11,067 nt of DNA from Archangium sp. (GTDB lineage: Bacteria; Myxococcota; Myxococcia; Myxococcales; Myxococcaceae): positions 1 to 11,067 of the forward strand of contig JANLPS010000363.1 of the NCBI GenBank assembly GCA_031367385.1, written 5' to 3'. The notes beneath the pieces were generated by a model. That model was not told the DNA's origin and searched no databases. It was given only the letters and a program-made list of their open reading frames with translations. Of the stretch, positions 6,034 to 11,067 are shown in pieces. Position 1 is the first letter of the stretch. The number at the start of each line of letters is the position of its first letter. Made by a program: the position numbers and the translations under genes.

Positions 6034-7431
6034 GTGGAAGCGAGGATCGTCGAGTTCGTCGAGGTGCTGCGGCAGAACGGGCTGAAGGTCAGCCTCAGCG
6101 AGACGCAAGACGCGGCGCGCGCGGTCGCGGTGCTGGGCGTCGGTGACCGGCAGCTCTTTCGCTCGACGCTGAAGGCTACCCTCTGCAAGCGCTCGCTCGA
6201 CGTCGACACTTTCGAGCGTGCGTTCGCGTTCTATTTCTCGGGGGCGTCGAAGACCCTCGAGGGCATCGAGAAGTCGCTCGCGGCGCGCATCGCCGAAGAG
6301 GGGCTGATCGAGGGCGATGAGCTCAAGATGATCGTCTATATGCTCGAGCAGTTGGGCGGTCAGATGACGCCGATGACCCAGGCGGTGCTCGCCGGTGATC
6401 GCGGAGCCCTCGCGGCCCTGTTTCGCCAGGCCTCTTTGCAGCTCGATTTTTCGAAGATTCAGAACGCGCTGCAGACCGGTTTTTTCAGCCGCCGATTGCT
6501 GGCCGCCGCGGGCCTCGAGGGCATGCGCGGAGATCTCAAGTCGATTGAAGCCGAGCTCCAAGCCCGCGGGCTCAGTGGCAACGGGGTCGAGGTGGTATCG
6601 CGGCATTTGAGCAAGGCGCTGCGCACCGTCGAAGAGGCCGCGCGCCTCGAGATGCAACGCGAGTCGAAGGCACGACTCAAGGCCCAGGGCACGGGGCTCG
6701 CTGACCGGCAGCTGCACACCATGTCGCGGCAAGAGATTGAGCTCGCGCAACGCGCGGTGCGGGCGATGGCCGAGAAGCTCAAGGCCCGGCTGATTCGACG
6801 GCAACGGTCACGCAAGCGGGGCACCCTCAACCCGCGGCGCACGCTGCGAAAGAACCTCACGACGGGTGGGGTACCGATGGTGCCGCAGTTTCGCACCCGC
6901 CGACCCGAGCGGCCCGACGTGGTGGTGCTCTGCGACATCTCAGACTCGGTGCGAACGACCTCGCGGCTGATGTTGTTGTTCACCTACACGTTGCAGACCC
7001 TGTTCTCGCGGGTACGCAGCTTCATCTTCGTCTCCGAGTTGGGTGAGATTACCCAGCACTTCAAAGACGCGAAGCCTGAAGAGGCCATCGACGTCGCGAC
7101 CAACAGCGGCATCATCTCGCTGTCGGCGAACTCGAACTACGGTCATGCGCTGGCGACGTTTGCGCGCAGCTATTTGGGGGCGGTGTCGCGCAAGACGACG
7201 GTGATCGTCATTGGCGATGGTCGCAACAATTACAACCAGGCGCATTTGTGGGCGCTCGAAGATATCAAGCGCAAGGCTAAGCGGGTCGTGTGGATTTGCA
7301 CGGAGGCCAAGTCGAACTGGGGCTTCGGCGACTCGGAGATGGCGAGCTACGCCAAGGCGTGTACCCAGGTCGTCACGGTGCAGAGCCTGTCAGACCTCGA
7401 GAAAATCGCGCAGCAGCTCGTGCCTTCGTAA
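6034..7431 (+). CDS. VWA domain-containing CoxE-like protein
   Basis: 465 aa, GTG start. CoxE-type N-terminus (FVEVLRQNGLKVSLSETQDA...LKATLCK...FERAF..YF), basic R-rich segment with LNPRRTLRKNL..GG, MIDAS motif VVLCDISDSV, and TTVIVIGDGRNNY. Confidence 0.88.
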   Translation: MEARIVEFVEVLRQNGLKVSLSETQDAARAVAVLGVGDRQLFRSTLKATLCKRSLDVDTFERAFAFYFSGASKTLEGIEKSLAARIAEEGLIEGDELKMIVYMLEQLGGQMTPMTQAVLAGDRGALAALFRQASLQLDFSKIQNALQTGFFSRRLLAAAGLEGMRGDLKSIEAELQARGLSGNGVEVVSRHLSKALRTVEEAARLEMQRESKARLKAQGTGLADRQLHTMSRQEIELAQRAVRAMAEKLKARLIRRQRSRKRGTLNPRRTLRKNLTTGGVPMVPQFRTRRPERPDVVVLCDISDSVRTTSRLMLLFTYTLQTLFSRVRSFIFVSELGEITQHFKDAKPEEAIDVATNSGIISLSANSNYGHALATFARSYLGAVSRKTTVIVIGDGRNNYNQAHLWALEDIKRKAKRVVWICTEAKSNWGFGDSEMASYAKACTQVVTVQSLSDLEKIAQQLVPS

Positions 7432-7468
7432 CGCTTAGGCCGGTCAAGGCCTGGGGGGTTCGAGCCCC

Positions 7469-8683
7469 TCAGGGCGAACGGGGGAGGAGGGTTCGATCGG
7501 CGCGGCCGGTGAACACGTAGAGCCCCACGCCGCCCACGACGCTGATCACGAAGCAGAAGAACCAGAACGCCGACATCGAGGTTCGGTTCACCACCATCGG
7601 TGACAACAGCGGAGCAGCGACCATCGAGAGGCTCCAGACCAGACTGTGCGCCCCCTGATACCGACCCCGCATGTGCGTCGGAGCGAAATCAGACACGTAG
7701 CTCGCGTTGAGTGGCGCGATGATCACCTCCGCCACCGTCCACACGGCCACGGTCGCGGCATACGCCCCGAGGGTCTCGGCGAAGGCGGTCAGCCAGAAGC
7801 CGATGCCCAGAATCAACGAAGCCACCGCGAACCAGGCCGGCCGCGACCCGCGCACCACGAAGCGCGAGGCCGTTGCTTGGAGCAGCACGATGACCAACCC
7901 GTTCATCGCGATCGCCACTCCGAAGTCACGCGTCGTGAGGTGCTTTTGCGTCATGTCGACGGGGAGCATCGTCAGGTGCTGCATGAAGACGAACGCTCCG
8001 GCGAAGCTGAACAGCAAGAAGGGCCAGAAGTTTGGGTCGACGTAGGGCGTCAACAGCGACCCCGTCGCCTGCTCAGCGCCAGCGGCTGGTTTGGTCTCGG
8101 GCACCGCGCGCCAGATGATGACGGCGAAGAGCAAGGTCGTCGCCGCGTCGAGCACGAACAGCAGCGCGAAGTTGGTCGCCGCCATGAACCCGCCCACCAC
8201 CGCGGCCAGCGAGAACCCCAGGTTCACCGCCCAGTACGAATACGAGAACGCCTTGATTCGGTACTTGGGCTCGACCAGGTCAGCGATCATCGCCTGCGTG
8301 CTGGGCTGGTACATCGCCGTCGTCACCCCGAGCGCGAACACTGAAAACCCAATCGCAGACGGCGTGTCTGACACCGACAACGCGATCATCGCCGAGGCCG
8401 AGGTCACGCACGAGGTGATGAGGGTGGTGCGGCGACCGATGCGGTCAGAGAGCACTCCGCCCGCCGTGTTGCCGCCCAGCGCGCCGAAGCCGTACAGCGA
8501 CGCGATCAAGCCCGCTTCGACGATCGAGAGCCCTTTCTGGGTGGTCAAGAAGACCATCAACATCGGCATCACGAAGCTGCCGAGCCGGTTCACCAGCATG
8601 CCCGCCCACAAGTACCAGTAGGTGCGCGGGAGGCCCTCGGAGAGCCCAAAAAAGCGAGAAGGAGCCACCACAGCGGTCGTCAT
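7469..8683 (-). CDS. MFS transporter (drug:H+ antiporter-like, MdtH-like)
   Basis: About 12 hydrophobic segments, MFS motif A (GGVLSDRIGRR), NLGFSL and APTHMRGRYQG. Start set at ATG 8683 (MTTAVVAPSRF) because the ORF-track start at 8797 overlaps the divergent gene. Confidence 0.9.
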   Translation of the reverse strand: MTTAVVAPSRFFGLSEGLPRTYWYLWAGMLVNRLGSFVMPMLMVFLTTQKGLSIVEAGLIASLYGFGALGGNTAGGVLSDRIGRRTTLITSCVTSASAMIALSVSDTPSAIGFSVFALGVTTAMYQPSTQAMIADLVEPKYRIKAFSYSYWAVNLGFSLAAVVGGFMAATNFALLFVLDAATTLLFAVIIWRAVPETKPAAGAEQATGSLLTPYVDPNFWPFLLFSFAGAFVFMQHLTMLPVDMTQKHLTTRDFGVAIAMNGLVIVLLQATASRFVVRGSRPAWFAVASLILGIGFWLTAFAETLGAYAATVAVWTVAEVIIAPLNASYVSDFAPTHMRGRYQGAHSLVWSLSMVAAPLLSPMVVNRTSMSAFWFFCFVISVVGGVGLYVFTGRADRTLLPRSP

Positions 8684-8735
8684 GCCGGCTTGACGTTTCG
8701 CACACAAGTCTCTGACAGCGTTACACTCGTTCGGC

Positions 8736-9821
8736 ATGGCTTCAGAGATTCGAGCGCTGCTGGGCGCGGCGCAGTCAGCCGAGGTGAAAGGTGACACCGC
8801 CGAGGCCGTGCGGCTGCTGCGCGAGGCGGCGGCGTTTTACCGCGACCGAAAGCTGGTCACCCGCGCGATGCAGATGTTGCGGCATGCCCGACGGCTCGAA
8901 GGCCACCAAGACCCCGGGCCTCCGCTCGATGGGTTCGCGCCACGTGAATTGATCAATGGAGATGACGACTTCGACGGGCCGACCGGAGAGCACGACTGGT
9001 CGAATGAACAATTCGGCTTCGGCGACGAGCTCCTCGAGACCAATTCGGCGCGAAGTGAGACCGATTTCGTTCGTGGTGAGCGACTCGAAGCACCCTCAGT
9101 CACCAGCGAATTCGAACGAATTCTCACCCTTGCCGACCCAGCCCTCGACGCCTGGTGCAGCTTCTGTTGCCGCCCGACCCGCGACGTCGGCCCCCTCACC
9201 GCCGGCCCGGCCGGAGCCTACATCTGCGCCGCTTGTACGACCCGTTCAGGCGAAATTCTCGGCAGCCCGGTTCGCGTCGAGCCCGTCACCGCACCTGCAC
9301 GTCACACCTTGCTCGCCACGCAGAGCGCGGCGCTCGAAACCTATTCGCGACGAAGCCCCCGGTTGGCGTTGGTGATCGGCCCCGAAGGCGCTGGCAAATC
9401 TGAGCTCATTCGCGCAATCGCCTCGACCAACGCTGCCGTCACGATCTTCGACGCCGTGCCGCCCGATGAAAACCCGCGTGGCCCGGCCGTGATCGCCGTT
9501 CGAGGCTCGCTGCCCGCCGCCGCCCTGGTGCTCGACGGTGAGCACGGCCCCGAGCCTGTGTACGACACCGATTCGCTCGCCGCCGCCTCTGGCCTGCCCA
9601 AGTCGCTGCTCTCGAAGGTCGACGCCGTCTTCGCCTTGCCGGTCCTCGGAGCGGCCGAGCTCCACGCCTTGGCTACGACGCTCCTGGAAGCGCGGGGCAT
9701 CTCGCTGCCGGCCAAGACCATCGACCAGCTCACCCAACTCGCCGCGAAGTCAGGCCGGTCAGCGCACGAGCTCGTCGCGTTGGTAGCGCGCATACCGGCC
9801 GGGCAGTATCAGTCGTCATGA
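8736..9821 (+). CDS. ClpX C4-type zinc finger protein with degenerate ClpX-like P-loop domain
   Basis: CSFC-x-AGP-GAYIC..C zinc finger (9156-9236), Walker A GPEGAGKS (9378-9401), and a C-terminal segment resembling the ClpX small-domain region. Helical N-terminus followed by an acidic linker. Confidence 0.8.
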   Translation: MASEIRALLGAAQSAEVKGDTAEAVRLLREAAAFYRDRKLVTRAMQMLRHARRLEGHQDPGPPLDGFAPRELINGDDDFDGPTGEHDWSNEQFGFGDELLETNSARSETDFVRGERLEAPSVTSEFERILTLADPALDAWCSFCCRPTRDVGPLTAGPAGAYICAACTTRSGEILGSPVRVEPVTAPARHTLLATQSAALETYSRRSPRLALVIGPEGAGKSELIRAIASTNAAVTIFDAVPPDENPRGPAVIAVRGSLPAAALVLDGEHGPEPVYDTDSLAAASGLPKSLLSKVDAVFALPVLGAAELHALATTLLEARGISLPAKTIDQLTQLAAKSGRSAHELVALVARIPAGQYQSS

Positions 9822-10894
9822 TCGTCACCCACCACCACCTCGGCCGCGTGGAGTACGCCGATGGGCTCGAGCTGCAGCGGCAATTTCAGGCTGCGCGCCG
9901 CGAAGGCACGGTGAATGACACCCTGTTGCTGCTCGAGCACCCGGCGGTGCTGACCCTGGGTCGCGGAGCCAAGGCCGACAACATTCTGACGCCCAAGCCA
10001 GTGCTCGACTCGCTCGGGGTGGCGGTTTTCGAGACCGATCGCGGCGGCGATGTCACCTACCACGGGCCTGGGCAGCTGGTGGGGTACCCGCTGCTGCACT
10101 TGGTGCCCGGCAAGCAAGACGTTCGCAAGTACGTGCGCAGCCTCGAAGAGGTGATCATTCGCACGCTGGCTGACTTTTCGATCGCCGCGACGCGAATCGA
10201 GAAATGGCCCGGCGTGTGGGTCGAGCACTCCCGCGCCGGGGGCCCGCGAAAGATCTGTGCCCTCGGAGTGCACCTGTCGCGCTGGTACACCCGCCACGGC
10301 TTCGCCCTCAACGTGCAGCCGAACCTGGCGCACTTCGAGCTGATCATTCCCTGCGGTATCAGAGACGCTGGAGTGACGTCGATGGCCGCCGAGCTCGGCC
10401 ACCCGGTCGAGCTCAACGAGGTCGAAGCGCGAATCGCGCGCCACTTCGGGGAGGTGTTCGAGGCCTCGCTCGAGCGAGCCCCGGAGCGAGCGCAAACAGT
10501 CGCGGTGGCGGTGATTCGCGATGACGGCAAGGTGCTCGTGCTCAAGCGCACGGAGGAGCGGGGCGGCTTGTGGCAAATCGTCACCGGCCACGTCGAGCCC
10601 GGAGAATCAGCGCTCGAGGCGGCCAGACGTGAAGTGCGTGAAGAGACAGGCCTGCACACCGAGCCGGTGAGCCTCGACTATGCGCACTCGTTCGCGCGCC
10701 CCGGGCCCACGGTCACCGTCGAGACCGGGTTCGCGGTTCGGGTCGAGAGCAGTCAAACGATTCGGCTCTCAGCCGAGCACTCGAATCATGCGTGGGTCTC
10801 GGTTGCCGAGGCGCTCGAGCGCTTGCCGTTCGAAGGGTTGAAAGAAACGCTGCGGCGGGGGCTTGTGGTTCGTGGTTCGACAAGCTCACCATGA
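9818..10894 (+). CDS. lipB: Lipoyl(octanoyl) transferase LipB fused to a C-terminal NUDIX hydrolase
   Basis: LipB motifs LLLLEHPAVLTLGR, RGGDVTYHGPGQLVGYP, KICALG, HGFALN and IIPCG. Intact Nudix box GHVEPGESALEAARREVREETGL (10586-10654) preceded by WQIVT. ATGA overlap with the upstream gene. Confidence 0.93.
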   Translation: MIVTHHHLGRVEYADGLELQRQFQAARREGTVNDTLLLLEHPAVLTLGRGAKADNILTPKPVLDSLGVAVFETDRGGDVTYHGPGQLVGYPLLHLVPGKQDVRKYVRSLEEVIIRTLADFSIAATRIEKWPGVWVEHSRAGGPRKICALGVHLSRWYTRHGFALNVQPNLAHFELIIPCGIRDAGVTSMAAELGHPVELNEVEARIARHFGEVFEASLERAPERAQTVAVAVIRDDGKVLVLKRTEERGGLWQIVTGHVEPGESALEAARREVREETGLHTEPVSLDYAHSFARPGPTVTVETGFAVRVESSQTIRLSAEHSNHAWVSVAEALERLPFEGLKETLRRGLVVRGSTSSP

Positions 10895-10898
10895 GAGT
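10865..10898. repeat. REP-like dispersed repeat, copy 2 (inverted), overlapping the lipB-NUDIX stop
   Basis: gtggttcgtggttcgacaagctcaccatgagagt is the reverse complement of copies 1 and 3 with one mismatch. It contains the TGA stop at 10892-10894. Confidence 0.88.
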
Positions 10899-10920
10899 TT
10901 CGTTCTGCCGGTCCACGGGA

Positions 10921-11046
10921 TCCACTGAGCGCTCCATTGAGCGGGCTCCACTGAGCGGGCTCCACTGAGCGCTCCATTGAGCGGGCTCCACTGAGCGGGC
11001 TCCACTGAGCGGGCTCCACTGAGCGCTCCATTGAGCGGGCTCCACT
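10921..11046. repeat. Tandem array of nine 12/14-bp units plus a partial unit
   Basis: A=tccactgagcgc, B=tccattgagcgggc, C=tccactgagcgggc, in the order A B C A B C C A B (10921-11040), then tccact. Confidence 0.95.
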
Positions 11047-11067
11047 CTCATGGTGAGCCTGTCGAAC
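11044..11067. repeat. REP-like dispersed repeat, copy 3 (truncated by window end)
   Basis: actctcatggtgagcctgtcgaac is a 24-nt inverted repeat of 10875-10898 with one mismatch. Confidence 0.88.

Noticed and set aside
5953..6804. Long antisense or off-frame ORFs (this one, and 170-724, 562-1131, 1091-1735, 7646-8344, 9809-10591)
   Set aside because: Shadow ORFs over well-supported genes, expected in high-GC DNA, with no recognisable motifs.
7432..7500. tRNA gene
   Set aside because: Only T-arm-like and D-arm-like hairpins are present. There is no anticodon arm, acceptor stem or CCA, and the region runs into the MFS stop codon.
8684..8797. N-terminal extension of the MFS transporter as given in the ORF track
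   Set aside because: It would overlap the divergent zinc-finger gene head-to-head and has no MFS character. ATG 8683 gives a normal ~404-aa MFS protein.
8736..9821. Bona fide clpX
   Set aside because: The zinc finger is internal, the ATPase region is much shortened, Walker B Glu, GYVG and IGF motifs are missing, and there is no adjacent clpP.
911..10897. A single large transposon bounded by inverted repeat copies 1 and 2
   Set aside because: No transposase lies inside, the interior is mostly housekeeping genes, and copy 2 already pairs locally with copy 3. Independent dispersed repeats explain it more simply.
10921..11046. CRISPR array
   Set aside because: Units are 12-14 bp and directly adjacent with no unique spacers, and no cas genes are in the window. 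It is a tandem repeat.
10713..11051. Minus-strand ORFs with repetitive peptides (VEPAQWSAQWSPLSGARS; MERSVEPAQW)
   Set aside because: They are translations of the tandem array and REP-like repeat and overlap lipB antisense. The 14-bp unit is not a multiple of three, arguing against protein-level selection.

Overview
GC-rich 11-kb window. Gene content (TIGR02266-type PilZ protein, DAG-linker lipoprotein, LipB-NUDIX fusion) suggests a myxobacterium; this is an inference. It starts with the end of a scoA-scoB CoA-transferase pair, then a PilZ gene and an RlmD/TrmA-family RNA methyltransferase. A probable accessory block follows: a lipoprotein with DAG repeats and an FN3-like C-terminus, translationally coupled to a secreted beta-helix-like protein, plus a convergent Pro/Ala-rich hypothetical gene with a sigma28-like promoter. 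The rest holds a CoxE-like VWA gene, an MFS transporter, and a degenerate ClpX-like zinc-finger gene coupled to a lipB-NUDIX fusion. Three copies of a REP-like repeat occur (911-943, 10865-10898, 11044-11067); the last two are inverted and bracket a patterned 12/14-bp tandem array. Leading hypothesis: the lipoprotein's FN3 domain lacks its first beta-strand, and the neighbouring secreted protein ends in a peptide (PPTRLRVVP) resembling that strand, suggesting surface anchoring by strand complementation. All family calls come from motif recognition by eye, not database searches.
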